64,000 nt of DNA, from positions 58,423-122,422 of the forward strand of contig CAWCUA010000005.1 of assembly GCA_963798625.1 (NCBI GenBank), written 5' to 3'. Origin of the DNA: an uncultured Actinomycetota bacterium. GTDB taxonomy: Bacteria > Actinomycetota > Actinomycetes > Mycobacteriales > Nakamurellaceae. Below are positions 1-10,967 of the stretch, in pieces. A model generated the notes under the pieces. That model did not search any database. It worked only from the letters and a program-made list of their open reading frames with translations, and had not been told where the DNA came from. Position numbers and translations under genes: made by a program. Each line of letters begins with the position of its first letter. The first letter of the stretch is position 1.

Positions 1-432
1 GCGCCGGGCAACGACCTGCGACGCGGAGGTGAAGTCCCGTCGGCCCTTGGCGACCGAGTACCCCAGGTACCCCATGACGGCACCGAAGACGGCACCGATC
101 GCGATCGAGGCCAGGATCAGCAGCAGGATGCCGCCCTGCACCGGCGAGAAGACGAACATCAACAGGCCGACGAACAGCCCGACCCAGGCACCGGACGCGG
201 CACCCGCAGCGGCGAGCTTGCCGGCCGTCAGACGCCCGGTGACCCGCTCGACGAGCTGCAGGTCGGAGCCGACGATGGTGACGTCCTGGATGGAGAAATC
301 CTGTTTGATCAAATGTTCGACGGCCGCCTGCGCGCTGGCGTACGTCGGGTAGGCGGCGACCGCGAAACCGGTCGGCGGGGTCGGCAAATTGGGCACAGCT
401 GTGGTTCCACGGAATCCGATGGGCGAGGTCAC
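1..432 (-). CDS. General stress protein-like membrane protein (Rv1234-like), 3' end outside the window
   Basis: Not in the ORF track. AAGGAGG RBS then GTG at 432; translates MTSPIGFRG...PTPPTGFAVAAYPTYASAQAAVEHLIKQDFSIQDVTIVGSDLQLVERVTGRL followed by hydrophobic segments; sits next to mrp as in other actinobacteria. Confidence 0.8.
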   Translation of the reverse strand, partial: MTSPIGFRGTTAVPNLPTPPTGFAVAAYPTYASAQAAVEHLIKQDFSIQDVTIVGSDLQLVERVTGRLTAGKLAAAGAASGAWVGLFVGLLMFVFSPVQGGILLLILASIAIGAVFGAVMGYLGYSVAKGRRDFTSASQVVARR

Positions 433-638
433 GACAGACCACCTCCTTGTTCTTCAATGCTGACACATTCACGTGTGCAAGCCATGGGAGAGCGATCACG
501 GCGGGGCGCTCACGTCACGACGGCGCCGAGCCGTGAGGTCTCGCCACCGCCCTTGCACCGCCGTTGCGCCACCGCCGCTACCCACGCGACTAACCTGGAA
601 CCGGCTTGCCCAACCCCTCGCACACCACAGAAGGAATC

Positions 639-1766
639 ATGGCTGTCACCGCCGATGACGTTCGCACCGCACTGGCCACCGTCAAGGACCCCGAGATCCG
701 GCGCCCGATCACCGAACTCGGAATGGTCGGCGACCTGACGGTGACTCCGGAGGGCGTCGTCCGGCTCACTGTGCTGCTGACCATCGCGGCGTGCCCGTTG
801 CGTGAGACGCTCACCTCCGACGTCACACGTGCCGTGCGGGCCGTGCCGGGCGTCACCGATCTGCAACTGCAACTGGGGGTCATGACCGACGAGCAGCGCA
901 CAGCGCTGCGCGACAACCTGCGCGGCGGCGCGACGAAGGAGATCCCCTTCGCACGGCCCGAGTCGCGCACCCGGGTGTACGCGGTGGCCTCCGGGAAGGG
1001 CGGCGTCGGCAAGTCGACGGTGACGGTCAACCTGGCCGCGGCACTGTCCGCCAGGGGCCTGGCGGTCGGGGTGCTGGACGCCGATGTGTACGGCTTCTCG
1101 ATCCCGCGGATGCTCGGCGTCACCGCGCGTCCGACCCGCGTCGGGGAGATGATCCTGCCGCCGATCGCCCACGGCATCAAGGTGATCAGCGTCGGGATGT
1201 TCGTCGACGGCAACGTGCCGGTGGTGTGGCGCGGACCGATGCTGCACAGGGCATTGCAGCAGTTCCTCTCAGACGTCTTCTGGGGTGATCTGGACGTCCT
1301 GCTGCTGGACCTGCCGCCGGGCACCGGCGACATCGCGATCTCCACCGCGCAGCTGATTCCGACGGCGGAGATCCTGGTCGTCACTACCCCGCAAACGGCC
1401 GCCTCCGAGGTTGCCGAGCGGGCCGGAGCCATCGTCACCCAGACCCGGCAGCGCATCGCGGGGGTGGTGGAGAACATGTCAGCGATGACGCTCCCCGACG
1501 GCTCCCTGCTGGAAGTGTTCGGGTCCGGCGGCGGCGAGCAGGTCGCGGCGTCACTGAGCCGGCTGACCGGAACCACCGTCCCGCTGCTGGGTCAGATCCC
1601 GCTCGAGGTGGAGCTGCGGACCGCCGGTGACGCCGGGCTGCCTTTGGTGATGGCCGCAGGCTCGAGTCCGGCGACCGAAGCGCTCAACGGGGTTGCCGCG
1701 GCGTTGGCCGCACGGCAGCGGCCGCTGGCGGGAATGTCGCTGGGCATCTCGCCTGCGGGTCGGTGA
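639..1766 (+). CDS. mrp: Mrp/NBP35 (ApbC) Fe-S cluster carrier ATPase
   Basis: N-terminal DPEI...CP domain, ASGKGGVGKST P-loop, DADVYG, WRGPM and DLPPGTGD motifs; GAAGGA RBS before ATG 639. Confidence 0.93.
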   Translation: MAVTADDVRTALATVKDPEIRRPITELGMVGDLTVTPEGVVRLTVLLTIAACPLRETLTSDVTRAVRAVPGVTDLQLQLGVMTDEQRTALRDNLRGGATKEIPFARPESRTRVYAVASGKGGVGKSTVTVNLAAALSARGLAVGVLDADVYGFSIPRMLGVTARPTRVGEMILPPIAHGIKVISVGMFVDGNVPVVWRGPMLHRALQQFLSDVFWGDLDVLLLDLPPGTGDIAISTAQLIPTAEILVVTTPQTAASEVAERAGAIVTQTRQRIAGVVENMSAMTLPDGSLLEVFGSGGGEQVAASLSRLTGTTVPLLGQIPLEVELRTAGDAGLPLVMAAGSSPATEALNGVAAALAARQRPLAGMSLGISPAGR

Positions 1767-1785
1767 CTGAATCAGCGCGGGGTGA

Positions 1786-2394
1786 TCAGGTCCCGTCGGG
1801 GTCGAACGGCGGGCGTTCCCCGACGGCCAGCGTCTTGATCGGGGCATGCCCGGTTGCGCCGCCGACCAGCTTGGGCGCGCCCAGTGACTTCGTCATGGAC
1901 GGCGGCAGGTGCGGCGGGACGTCCCCGTTCGCCGGGCCGTTCGCAAGGCCATTCACCGAACCATTCGCCGTGCCGTTCGCCCTGCCGTCGGCAGAACCGT
2001 TGGTGTACCCGGCCGAAGGCGAATCCGAGCCGGCCGCCGGCACGTCGGGCGAATCGGGTCCGTGCCCGTTCAACCCGAGGAAACCGGTGATGCCACCGGA
2101 GAACTCGTCACCCAGGATGTTCTTGCCGATCAACCGCTTGGGGTGCAGGTCACGCAGATCCCGGAGATCCTGGATCTCCTTGAGCGACTGCAGGTCCGCC
2201 ACCTGACGGCGCAGCTCGTCCAGCTCCGGTCCGATCTCCCGGCGCAGCTCGGCCTGGGCACCGGCCGCCATCGTGCGGACCTTGCGCAGAGACGTCATCA
2301 CCCAGGACACCGCGGTGGGGATCCGCTCGGGACCGAGGACGAACACTCCCACGAGCACGATGATGGCGATCTGACCCCAGGACAGGCCGAACAT
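1786..2394 (-). CDS. tatB: Sec-independent translocase TatB
   Basis: N-terminal TM helix plus GPERIP hinge and amphipathic helix; C-terminal PPFDPDGT; sigE-rseA-htrA-tatB synteny. Confidence 0.9.
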   Translation of the reverse strand: MFGLSWGQIAIIVLVGVFVLGPERIPTAVSWVMTSLRKVRTMAAGAQAELRREIGPELDELRRQVADLQSLKEIQDLRDLRDLHPKRLIGKNILGDEFSGGITGFLGLNGHGPDSPDVPAAGSDSPSAGYTNGSADGRANGTANGSVNGLANGPANGDVPPHLPPSMTKSLGAPKLVGGATGHAPIKTLAVGERPPFDPDGT

Positions 2395-2500
2395 GTGCCG
2401 GCCTCCTCCCGTGTCGTACCGACGGCATCAGGATAGCCCCGGACCGCACCCACACCTGCGGGTGAGCGGCGCACGCGGCCCGTTCGGGAGCGCTCGGCCC

Positions 2501-4234
2501 TTACTCCGCCGCCAGCGTCACGTTCACCGTCATCTCCCGACCGCCGCGCATCAGGACCACGGGAACCGTTGCGCCGACTGCGTTCTCCCGAACCGCTACG
2601 ACCAGTTCGTCGGCGTTGCCGACGGAACGATCGCCGACCTTGACGATGACGTCCCCCTCGGCGATTCCGGCGGCAGCAGCCGGGCCGCCCTGCTGGACGT
2701 TCTGCACCTGCGCACCGTCGGTGACGCCGTCGGTGGCCGACCGGGCGTTCACCCCGATGGTCGAGTGCTGCACCGTTCCGGACCTGATGATCTGCTCCGC
2801 AACGGATTTCGCCATGGTGATCGGGATGGCGAAGCCCAGTCCGATCGAGCCACTGGAGTCGCCGCCGAGCGTGCGGATCGCGGTGTTGATGCCGACCACC
2901 GCACCGGAGGAATCGACCAGCGGGCCGCCGGAGTTTCCGGGGTTGACCGCGGCGTCGGTCTGCACGGCATCGATGACGGCGTCGGTGTCCGACCCGCCGC
3001 CCTGCAACCGCACCGGGCGGTCCTTCGCCGACACGATCCCGGTGGTGACGGTGCCGGCCAGCCCGAGTGGCGACCCGATCGCGATGACGGGGTCGCCGAC
3101 GGCGAGAGCGGCGGAATCCCCCAACTGCGCGACGGTCGCCCCGTTGATGTCGGCCTTGAGAACGGCCAGGTCGGTGAGCGGGTCGCGGCCGACGATGATC
3201 CCGGGGACACGGCTCTGCTTGCCATCATTGAAGATCACCGTGAGTTCGGCCGAGGGATCGGTCGCGGCGGTCGAGATCACGTGATTGTTGGTGAGGATGT
3301 AGCCGCTTCCATCGATGACGACCCCGGAGCCCGTCTCGCCGGTGTCGCCGGTGCGGATCTCCAGGGACACCACCGACGGCAGCACCCTGGCGGCCACATC
3401 AGCGACCGAACCGGGCTCGCGGGTGACTGACGGCGCAACCGTGGCGAGTTGGAACTGCGGATCCGTGACCGCGGCCGGGAGCCGGTTCGCCGCGAACACC
3501 CCGATGGCGGCGCCGACGCCGCCGACCAGCAGTGCGGCGACCAACAGGCCGATCAGCGACGACGGCCGCAGGCGCCGTTCGAACAACGCCTGGCGCAGCG
3601 AGAACCGTTCCGCCGGCACAGGTTCGGTGCGCACGGGCTTGTCTGCCTGCTCGGCAGGCGGTCCCAGCCGCGCTCCAGCGGTCGGGTCGGACCAAGGATC
3701 TGCGTCGCTCGGGGCAGGCTGCTCCGGCGCAGCCGCCGGCGGGCGAGGCAGGCTGCTCGCGGCACCCGGAGGGCGGCCGAAGGCGTCGTGCAGATGCTCG
3801 GGAACCGGCGGGGCGCCGACCGGCAGCGGACTGCCGGTGTGACGCGGTGCGAAAGAGCCGCCGACGCCGCCGGGGCGGCCGAACGCCCCGGCCTGGAGGG
3901 GGTCGACGGGCGGCCGCCACAGGGGTTTGGGGTTGAGCTTCGGGCGACCGTTGCGAGATCCGGCCGCGGGTATCGCAGCGGCACCGGGAGTTGCGGCGCG
4001 GGACGCCGGTGCACCCGACGGCGCGCTCCCGCGGGCATCACCGACGCCGGCGGTCACCGGCACACGGTCATCCGGCAGGGGCTCGTCCTGCGGGCGGTCG
4101 CCCTGGGGGCGATCCATCTGTGGGCCGTCGTTCTGGGGGGTGTGCGTGAGTGGGCTGTCGGCCTGCGGTGCGTGGGCGTGTGGGCTGTCGGCCTGCGCGC
4201 GATCACCCGGGTCAGGAAGCTGCGGGGTGCTCAC
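2501..4234 (-). CDS. htrA: HtrA/DegP-family membrane serine protease with PDZ domain
   Basis: TNNHV, DLAV and NPGNSGGPL catalytic triad motifs, TM segment, C-terminal PDZ; start GTG 4234 or 4243. Confidence 0.93.
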   Translation of the reverse strand: MSTPQLPDPGDRAQADSPHAHAPQADSPLTHTPQNDGPQMDRPQGDRPQDEPLPDDRVPVTAGVGDARGSAPSGAPASRAATPGAAAIPAAGSRNGRPKLNPKPLWRPPVDPLQAGAFGRPGGVGGSFAPRHTGSPLPVGAPPVPEHLHDAFGRPPGAASSLPRPPAAAPEQPAPSDADPWSDPTAGARLGPPAEQADKPVRTEPVPAERFSLRQALFERRLRPSSLIGLLVAALLVGGVGAAIGVFAANRLPAAVTDPQFQLATVAPSVTREPGSVADVAARVLPSVVSLEIRTGDTGETGSGVVIDGSGYILTNNHVISTAATDPSAELTVIFNDGKQSRVPGIIVGRDPLTDLAVLKADINGATVAQLGDSAALAVGDPVIAIGSPLGLAGTVTTGIVSAKDRPVRLQGGGSDTDAVIDAVQTDAAVNPGNSGGPLVDSSGAVVGINTAIRTLGGDSSGSIGLGFAIPITMAKSVAEQIIRSGTVQHSTIGVNARSATDGVTDGAQVQNVQQGGPAAAAGIAEGDVIVKVGDRSVGNADELVVAVRENAVGATVPVVLMRGGREMTVNVTLAAE

Positions 4235-4410
4235 GTCCTGCACTCCCCCTCTCCGAGGTTTTGATCAGGCCGGCAGTTCGTTCGCAGCCACCGTGCGATC
4301 ACCGGGCGCGCTGATCACACCGACACGGCAAGGTTACGGGAGGCCGTGAGCGGCTCCGGGCGTTGCGCGGCAGGCCGACGGCACGCCGGAGCCCCGAGTC
4401 CGCAGGCGGC

Positions 4411-4902
4411 TTACGGCTGGCGCAGTTCGACCGGCACGACGAATGGCGTGGACACTCCGCTGACGAGGTGGTCCTTCACCGGGCGCACCTCGTCGGCGTT
4501 TTCGGTACCGACGACCAGGGCACCGACAGCCAATCCCGCCACCAGCGCGCCGGCACCGAGAAAGCGCAAGCGCCGGATCCGGTGCGGCTCGGCACGAGGA
4601 TCCTGACCGGAACGGACCACCCGGCCCGATACCGGGTCGATGGTGACGCCGTCAACAGGTCGCGCTGCGGGCACGGCCACCGGAATCGACCTGAGGCTGT
4701 CGAGCAGGCTCGGCGGCATCGGTGGTGCCGCGGCCGCCCGCAGGCACGAGCGGGCCGCCAGCTGCTGGCTGACCTCGCACTCGCACTCGGGGCAGCGCGC
4801 AATGTGCGCTGCGGCGCGCTGGTACGCGACCAGCGGCATCTCCCCATCGGCGAAGGCCACGATGGCGTCGAGGTTGAGGTGATCGGCGAAACCGGCTGTC
4901 AT
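4411..4902 (-). CDS. rseA: Zinc-binding anti-sigma factor RseA
   Basis: [15 protein letters not shown]...HIARCPEC (ZAS HxxxCxxC); ATGA overlap with the sigE stop. Confidence 0.88.
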   Translation of the reverse strand: MTAGFADHLNLDAIVAFADGEMPLVAYQRAAAHIARCPECECEVSQQLAARSCLRAAAAPPMPPSLLDSLRSIPVAVPAARPVDGVTIDPVSGRVVRSGQDPRAEPHRIRRLRFLGAGALVAGLAVGALVVGTENADEVRPVKDHLVSGVSTPFVVPVELRQP

Positions 4903-5561
4903 CGCACCGCCCCGGAATCGTTGAGGTCGCGTCGTTCGGCCCGGCGCCGCTCGAGTCCGGACCGCAGGGCCAATCGGCCACGGTGGATCCGGGATCGGAC
5001 CGTACCCAGTTTGACGCCGAGTGTCGCTCCGATCTCCTCGTAGCTCAGACCCTCGACGTCGCACAGCACCACGGCTGCACGGAACTCCGGCAGCAGGTCG
5101 TCGAGCGCGGCCTGCAGGTCCGGATCGAGATTGGCGTCGCTGTACGCCTGCTCCGGCGACGGCTCACGGCCAGCGATGCGGTCGGTCTCCTCGGGCAGCG
5201 CCTCCATCCGGATGCGCTGGCGGCGGCGGACGAGGTCGAGGAACACATTGGTGGTGATCCGGTGCAGCCAGCCCTCGAACGACCCTGGCCGGTAGTTGTC
5301 CAGCGAGCGGAACACCCGGATGAACGTCTCCTGGGTGATGTCCTCGGCGTCATGCGCGTTACCGGACAGCCGGTACGCCAGTCGGTACACCCGGTCGCCG
5401 TGGTCGCGAACGATGTCTTCCCAGGCGGGCGGCGTCCATCCGGACGTCGCGGGATCGGACACCGCATCGTGCGCGGGGTCCGTCGACGCGTCGTCACCGA
5501 CCGAGGGACGGCCGATCGGAACGGGCAGGCTGGACAGCGAAACCACCTCCGGGATCTGCAC
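4899..5561 (-). CDS. sigE: ECF RNA polymerase sigma factor SigE
   Basis: [41 protein letters not shown]...[15 protein letters not shown] and region 4 [26 protein letters not shown]; start uncertain (GTG 5561). Confidence 0.93.
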   Translation of the reverse strand: MQIPEVVSLSSLPVPIGRPSVGDDASTDPAHDAVSDPATSGWTPPAWEDIVRDHGDRVYRLAYRLSGNAHDAEDITQETFIRVFRSLDNYRPGSFEGWLHRITTNVFLDLVRRRQRIRMEALPEETDRIAGREPSPEQAYSDANLDPDLQAALDDLLPEFRAAVVLCDVEGLSYEEIGATLGVKLGTVRSRIHRGRLALRSGLERRRAERRDLNDSGAVR

Positions 5562-5566
5562 GGTCG

Positions 5567-5592
5567 AACGACCGCGGTGCGGTGATTGTTCC
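5567..5592 (-). promoter_or_regulatory. SigE/SigH-type ECF promoter upstream of sigE
   Basis: Minus strand GGAAC-aatcaccgcaccgcggt(17 nt)-CGTT, ending 5 nt before GTG 5561. Confidence 0.7.
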
Positions 5593-5979
5593 TGGGCCCG
5601 GTGTGAGCGACGTGTGAGCGGGCTGACCAACCGATGTCGGCCGTTGTTCTGCTCGGCCCGCATGCATCGCTCCGGTTGGGGTACCGGGTTCCTGGCCCGA
5701 CTGGATGCGGTGCGCCTGAGCGATGACGATGCCGACGCCGGGTAGGTTTCGCCGCGGGGTAGGCATCGTGCGGACCGCTCGGTGCGGACGTGTCGGTGCA
5801 CTCTGTGCCGGTCGTCCGCGCAGGCAGGTGTCGGCTGCCAGGTGTGCCGGTCCGTGCGACGGGGACGCGCGGCTCGCGATAACGTTCCTCGCTGCGTCCA
5901 GCCCAGCCGTTCTGCATGAACCGTCAGCCGAGCATTTGCACTCTCGCCCACGCAGTGCCGCTACCTCAGGAGGTTTCCG

Positions 5980-6603
5980 GTGACCACCAGCCGGTCCTAC
6001 GCCGAGTTCTTCGTGCCGGAGAGCGACGTGGTGCTCGCCGCCCGCGCGCGGGCCGCCGACCTGGGATGCGTCCCGATCGGTTCCGGTGGTGCCGCGGCGT
6101 TGACCTTCTTGGCGGCGGCGCTGGCCGCACGATCCGTGGTCGAGATCGGCACCGGGGCCGGCGTCAGCGGGCTACACCTGCTGCGCGGGATGGCCGCCGA
6201 CGGCATCCTCACCTCGATCGACGTGGAGGCAGAGCACCACCGTGCGGCGAAAAAGGCGTTCGGCGAGGCCGGCGTCGGACCGACCCGCACGCGGCTGATC
6301 AACGGGCGGGCGCTGGACGTCCTGCCGCGGTTGACCGACGGCGCCTACGACCTGGTCTTCGTCGACGGGGCGCGTACCGAGTACCCGCAGTACGTCGCAG
6401 AGGCCCTGCGTCTGCTGCGGCCGGGCGGCATCCTGGTCGTCGACGGCGCGCTGGCGGGCGACAAGGTCGCAGACCCGACGCAACGCGACGACGAAACGGT
6501 TGCGGTGCGGGAAGCCGGGCGACTCGTCCGTGACGACGAGAGCCTCGCGGCCGTGATGATTCCGCTGGGTGACGGACTACTCGCCGCGGTCAAGCGGAGT
6601 TGA
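5980..6603 (+). CDS. SAM-dependent O-methyltransferase (Rv1220c-like)
   Basis: VEIGTGAGVSG motif I, YDLVFVDG, LLRPGG; AGGAGG RBS. Confidence 0.9.
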   Translation: MTTSRSYAEFFVPESDVVLAARARAADLGCVPIGSGGAAALTFLAAALAARSVVEIGTGAGVSGLHLLRGMAADGILTSIDVEAEHHRAAKKAFGEAGVGPTRTRLINGRALDVLPRLTDGAYDLVFVDGARTEYPQYVAEALRLLRPGGILVVDGALAGDKVADPTQRDDETVAVREAGRLVRDDESLAAVMIPLGDGLLAAVKRS

Positions 6604-7571
6604 TGACGCGAGCTCCCGCCGCGCGCCCGCGTGCCGCGGTGCATCACCCGCGATCGACGGGCGACGGTCTCCATGCTCGTAGGACCGGTCGTGGCGCGTC
6701 CGTCGCGTTGACCGTGGCGTTGTCCCTGGCGCTGACCGCCGGTCTGGCCGGATGCGGTGGCTCCGATGATCGCGCAGCCCAGGAACAAGCGTCAGCCGCG
6801 GCAGCGTCCTCCTCCGCGGCGGCTTCGTCGTCGGCCGCAGCGTTGTCAGCCGCAGCGGCGTCGGCGGCGTCGGCGGCGTCGGCTTCGTCGGCGGCAGCGT
6901 CTGCGTCATCGGCTGCGGCGGCCTCCCGGTCGTCGGCTGCACAGGCGGCCGCCGAGGCGGCCGCTTCGGCGCGTGCTTCGTCATCGGCGGATGCACAGGC
7001 CCAGGCGACAGTGGAAACCGGTTCACCGGCCGGACCTTCGGCACCCGGTTCGCCGAACGGAAAGCCGCTGACCGCCGAAATGGTGGCCGGCGTGGCCGCG
7101 GCTGCTGCGGCGGCCGGATCGACCCCGGCGGATCCCGATCTCCCCGGCGACGACGGCGGGCCTCGGTGCAAGGACAACGAGCAGTACGCCGACGAGCGGC
7201 CGACGGGCATGCGTGCGGACGCGGCGGCGGCCTGGACGGCCACCGATGCCCTCGCGAAGGCCGCAGGGGTGAACATGTGCCTGGCCGACGGAAAACGCAG
7301 CCGCGAGCAGCAACAACAGACCTACGACGACTACGTCAAGCAGTACGGGCCCGAGATGGCCGCGCAGTACGTCCTGCCACCCGCGAAGTCCGCGCACGTC
7401 CTCGGGTTGGCGGTGGACGTGCAGCCTTACGCCGCCTACACCTGGCTCGAGAACACCAGTGGCGCACTGGGTTGGTGCAGGATCTACGACAACGAGGTGT
7501 GGCACTTCGAGTTCGACGCCGGGTACGTCACCGCAGGTTGCCCGGCCCGGTTGCCGCACCCGACACCCTGA
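6603..7571 (+). CDS. Lipoprotein with VanY/M15 D-Ala-D-Ala carboxypeptidase domain and Ala/Ser-rich linker
   Basis: Lipobox LAGC; Zn-peptidase motifs SAHVLGLAVD (SxHxxGxAxD) and EVWH; TGATG coupling to the upstream gene. Confidence 0.82.
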   Translation: MTRAPAARPRAAVHHPRSTGDGLHARRTGRGASVALTVALSLALTAGLAGCGGSDDRAAQEQASAAAASSSAAASSSAAALSAAAASAASAASASSAAASASSAAAASRSSAAQAAAEAAASARASSSADAQAQATVETGSPAGPSAPGSPNGKPLTAEMVAGVAAAAAAAGSTPADPDLPGDDGGPRCKDNEQYADERPTGMRADAAAAWTATDALAKAAGVNMCLADGKRSREQQQQTYDDYVKQYGPEMAAQYVLPPAKSAHVLGLAVDVQPYAAYTWLENTSGALGWCRIYDNEVWHFEFDAGYVTAGCPARLPHPTP

Positions 7572-7704
7572 CCGGCGAACCGCAGTCCGGGGCCGCTCCG
7601 TCACTCGGTCGACCAAGTCCTACTGCCCTGCCGGAGGTGCCACTGGTGCACCGTCCAGGCCGCGGACGGTCTTCGATCTCGGGATGGACTCAGGTCCACA
7701 CCCG

Positions 7705-8934
7705 TCAGGACATGCCCTTCCCGATCGTCACACCCTTGCCCACCACGGTGATACCCCCGGGACTGACCGAGTAGAGGTCGCTGTCCAGCGCCGCGTCGAT
7801 GCCGACCGTCGCGCCGTCCGGCACGACCACGTTCTTGTCCAGGATGCTCTTGCGGACCACGGCGTTGCGTCCGATCCGCACCCCGTCCATGATCACCGAG
7901 CCCTGCACGACCGCGCCGGTGCCGATCCGTACGTCGTCGCCGACGACTGATCCGGTCACTGTCGCGCCCGAGATGATCGTGCCCGAACCGATCATCGAGT
8001 CCTGCGCGGTGCCGTTCTCGACGAACTTCGCCGGCGGCAGGGTGGCCGGGAAACTGAGGATCGGCCATTCCCGGTTGTACAGGTTGAAGATCGGGTGCAC
8101 GGAGACCAGATCCATGTGGGCGTCCATGTACGCATCGAGCGTGCCGACGTCGCGCCAATAGCCGCGGTCCCGGTCCGTGGCGCCCGGGACGTCGTTGCGC
8201 GCGAAGTCGTACACATGCGCGGTACCGCGGTTGACGAACATCGGGATGATGTTGCCGCCCATGTCGTGGATCGAGGACTCGTCGGCAGCGTCGATCCGCA
8301 GCGCCTCGATCAGCGCCTCGGTGGTGAACACGTAGTTGCCCATCGAGGCGTAGGCGACATCCGGATCGTCGGGCACCGACGGCGGGTCGGCCGGCTTCTC
8401 CAGGAACTCCTCGATGCGGATGCCGTCCGACGCCGTCTTGATCACGCCGAACGCCGTCGCCTCGTGCCGCGGCACCCGGATACCGGCCACTGTGGCGTCG
8501 GCACCGGTCGCGATGTGGTCGGTGACCATCTGCGACGGATCCATGCGGTAGACGTGGTCCGCACCGAAAACGACGAGGTAGTCAGGACTTTCGTCGTAGA
8601 CCAGGTTGAGCGACTGCAGGATGGCATCGGCGCTGCCGGTGTACCAGCGCGGTCCGAGCCGCTGCTGGGCAGGCACCGGGGTGACATAGTTGCCGATCAT
8701 CTGGCTCATCCGCCACGTGGTGGTGATGTGGCGGTCCAGCGAGTGGGATTTGTACTGGGTCAGCACACAGATCTTGAGGAATCCCGCGTTGACCATGTTG
8801 GACAGCACGAAATCGATCAGTCTGAAGTTGCCCCCGAAGGGAACCGCGGGTTTCGCACGGTCAGCCGTCAACGGCCACAACCGTTTTCCTTCGCCGCCTG
8901 CCAACACGATGCCGAGAACCTTGGGCTTGGCCAT
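7705..8934 (-). CDS. glgC: Glucose-1-phosphate adenylyltransferase
   Basis: [37 protein letters not shown]. Confidence 0.96.
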   Translation of the reverse strand: MAKPKVLGIVLAGGEGKRLWPLTADRAKPAVPFGGNFRLIDFVLSNMVNAGFLKICVLTQYKSHSLDRHITTTWRMSQMIGNYVTPVPAQQRLGPRWYTGSADAILQSLNLVYDESPDYLVVFGADHVYRMDPSQMVTDHIATGADATVAGIRVPRHEATAFGVIKTASDGIRIEEFLEKPADPPSVPDDPDVAYASMGNYVFTTEALIEALRIDAADESSIHDMGGNIIPMFVNRGTAHVYDFARNDVPGATDRDRGYWRDVGTLDAYMDAHMDLVSVHPIFNLYNREWPILSFPATLPPAKFVENGTAQDSMIGSGTIISGATVTGSVVGDDVRIGTGAVVQGSVIMDGVRIGRNAVVRKSILDKNVVVPDGATVGIDAALDSDLYSVSPGGITVVGKGVTIGKGMS

Positions 8935-9061
8935 GGCGCAGACCCTACTTCCGCCATTTGCGGTCCGCACCCGGGGGTCGGTCAGCGTGTCATCGGCGCC
9001 CGCGCGCGCAGTTTCCGGACTCCGGCCTGCGGGCCCGCAGAGGTCTGGATAGATTGCCGAC

Positions 9062-10237
9062 GTGCATACCGCCATCCTGACCCGTGAGTTCCCGCCCGAC
9101 GTCTACGGAGGGGCCGGTGTCCACGTCGAGTACCTCGCCCGAGAACTTCGCAAATTGGTCGATGTCGACGTGCACGCCTTCGGCGATGACCGCCCGGGCG
9201 CCAAAGGGCACCGTCCCGCACCGGATCTCGCCGGCGCCAATCCCGCGTTGACCACGCTGTCGGTCGACCTGTCGATGGTGGCGGCGACCGGCAACGTCGA
9301 GTTGCTGCACTCGCACACCTGGTACGCGAACATGGCCGGTCACATCGGTTCTCTGCTCCACGGGATCCCGCATGTCATCACCGCGCACTCCCTGGAGCCG
9401 CACCGGCCGTGGAAGGCCGAACAGCTCGGCGGCGGATACCGCGTGTCGTCGTGGGCGGAGAAGACGGCCTACGAGGGTGCCGCCGCGATCATCTCGGTCT
9501 CCACCGGGATGAAGGGCGGAATCCTGGAGAGCTACCCGGCGCTCGACCCGGACAAGGTGCACGTCATCCGCAACGGCATCGACACCGAGATCTACCAGCG
9601 GACCGACGAGCGGTCGGTGCTGACCGACAAGGGCGTCGACCTGGACAAGCCGATCGCGTCGTTCGTCGGACGGATCACCCGGCAGAAGGGCGTCGGGCAT
9701 CTGGTGGCGGCGACGCACCACTTCGATCCTGACGTGCAGCTGGTGCTGTGCGCGGGTGCCCCCGACACACCGGAGATTGCCGCCGAGACCGCAGCCGCGA
9801 TCGCCGAGTTGCAGGCCGCGCGGCCCGGCGTGTTCTGGTTCGACGGCATGCTGACGCTCCCCGAGGTGAAGCAGATCCTCTCTGCATCAACGGTTTTCGT
9901 CTGCCCATCGGTGTACGAGCCGCTCGGCATCGTCAACCTGGAGGCGATGGCGTGCGGGGCTGCGGTGGTGGCCAGCGACGTGGGCGGCATCCCGGAGGTC
10001 GTCAACAACGGCGAGACCGGGCTGCTGGTGCACTACAACAGTGCCGACACCGCCGGCTTCGAACGCGACCTGGCCACCGCCGTCAATGATCTGGTCCGCG
10101 ATCCGCAGCGGGCCCGGCTCTACGGTGTCGCGGGCCGCAACCGGGCCGTCGACGAGTTCTCCTGGACCGCGATCGCCGAGCAGACGGTGGATCTGTACAG
10201 GTCGGTCCTGGCGGGGTGGGACACGCCGGGCGGCTGA
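9062..10237 (+). CDS. glgA: Alpha-maltose-1-phosphate synthase GlgM (historically glgA), GT4 family
   Basis: [44 protein letters not shown]; divergent from glgC. Confidence 0.93.
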   Translation: MHTAILTREFPPDVYGGAGVHVEYLARELRKLVDVDVHAFGDDRPGAKGHRPAPDLAGANPALTTLSVDLSMVAATGNVELLHSHTWYANMAGHIGSLLHGIPHVITAHSLEPHRPWKAEQLGGGYRVSSWAEKTAYEGAAAIISVSTGMKGGILESYPALDPDKVHVIRNGIDTEIYQRTDERSVLTDKGVDLDKPIASFVGRITRQKGVGHLVAATHHFDPDVQLVLCAGAPDTPEIAAETAAAIAELQAARPGVFWFDGMLTLPEVKQILSASTVFVCPSVYEPLGIVNLEAMACGAAVVASDVGGIPEVVNNGETGLLVHYNSADTAGFERDLATAVNDLVRDPQRARLYGVAGRNRAVDEFSWTAIAEQTVDLYRSVLAGWDTPGG

Positions 10238-10405
10238 CCGGAGCGGGGCTGCGAAGTGCAATCGGCACGGTCGCCGACCGGCTGCGAAGTCGGGTCCAGC
10301 GTCGTGTCCGCCTCCGGCCCAGCGGGGTTGCCTCGACCGTCCGGTCGCCCTCGACTGTCCGGCCGCCCTCGACCGGCCCACTCAGAGTGCAGCCGGACAC
10401 GACAA

Positions 10406-10445
10406 CGCCCGGGGCCCGATCTGTGAACGGATCGGGCCCCGGGCG
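10406..10445. terminator. Hairpin terminator between the convergent glgM and DUF3117 genes
   Basis: 16-bp perfect stem cgcccggggcccgatc / gatcgggccccgggcg. Confidence 0.75.
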
Positions 10446-10503
10446 ACATCGGGTCAAACATCAGGATCGGTGTGATCCGAGGGAGCTGCGCCGACGCCGG
10501 CGA

Positions 10504-10674
10504 TTACTTGACGACGACGGCTTTCAGAGCATCACCCAGGGCGGACGCCTCATCGGCGGAGATCTCGACGACCAACCGCCCACCGCCCTCCAACGGAACA
10601 CGCATGACGATCCCGCGGCCCTCCTTGGTCACTTCGAGAGGACCATCCCCGGTACGGGGCTTCATGGCCGCCAT
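10504..10674 (-). CDS. DUF3117 small conserved actinobacterial protein (Rv1211-like), 56 aa
   Basis: Below the ORF track cut-off; MAAMKPRTGDGPLEVTKEGRGIVMRVPLEGGGRLVVEISADEASALGDALKAVVVK; GGAGGGAG RBS. Confidence 0.92.
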   Translation of the reverse strand: MAAMKPRTGDGPLEVTKEGRGIVMRVPLEGGGRLVVEISADEASALGDALKAVVVK

Positions 10675-10967
10675 GTGCGACTCCCTCCAGCACTCAGCTG
10701 CATCTGTCAGTCGGACGGCGGTTCCCGTCCGTCGTTATTGCCGCGGGTCACCGCGGACGCTCCATTCTCCCTCATGACGGCGCTGACTTCGTCACCAGGT
10801 GCAACGTGTGGCGGCGATTGCACCGACCATCACCCGGATCGGCGATGCGTTTGCGGTGTGCACGGCCTCCGGCGGTACTCCTGCTGCCGCGCGCGGGCGC
10901 TCATCAGCCCGGCATCATCAAGTGCCGCCGACAGGCGGCAGACATCAGTCACCCAGAAAGGCCGCCG

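Noticed and set aside
2370-2394. TatB has Gln rather than Glu at position 8
   Set aside because: Polar substitutions at this position occur in TatA/B family members; not distinctive
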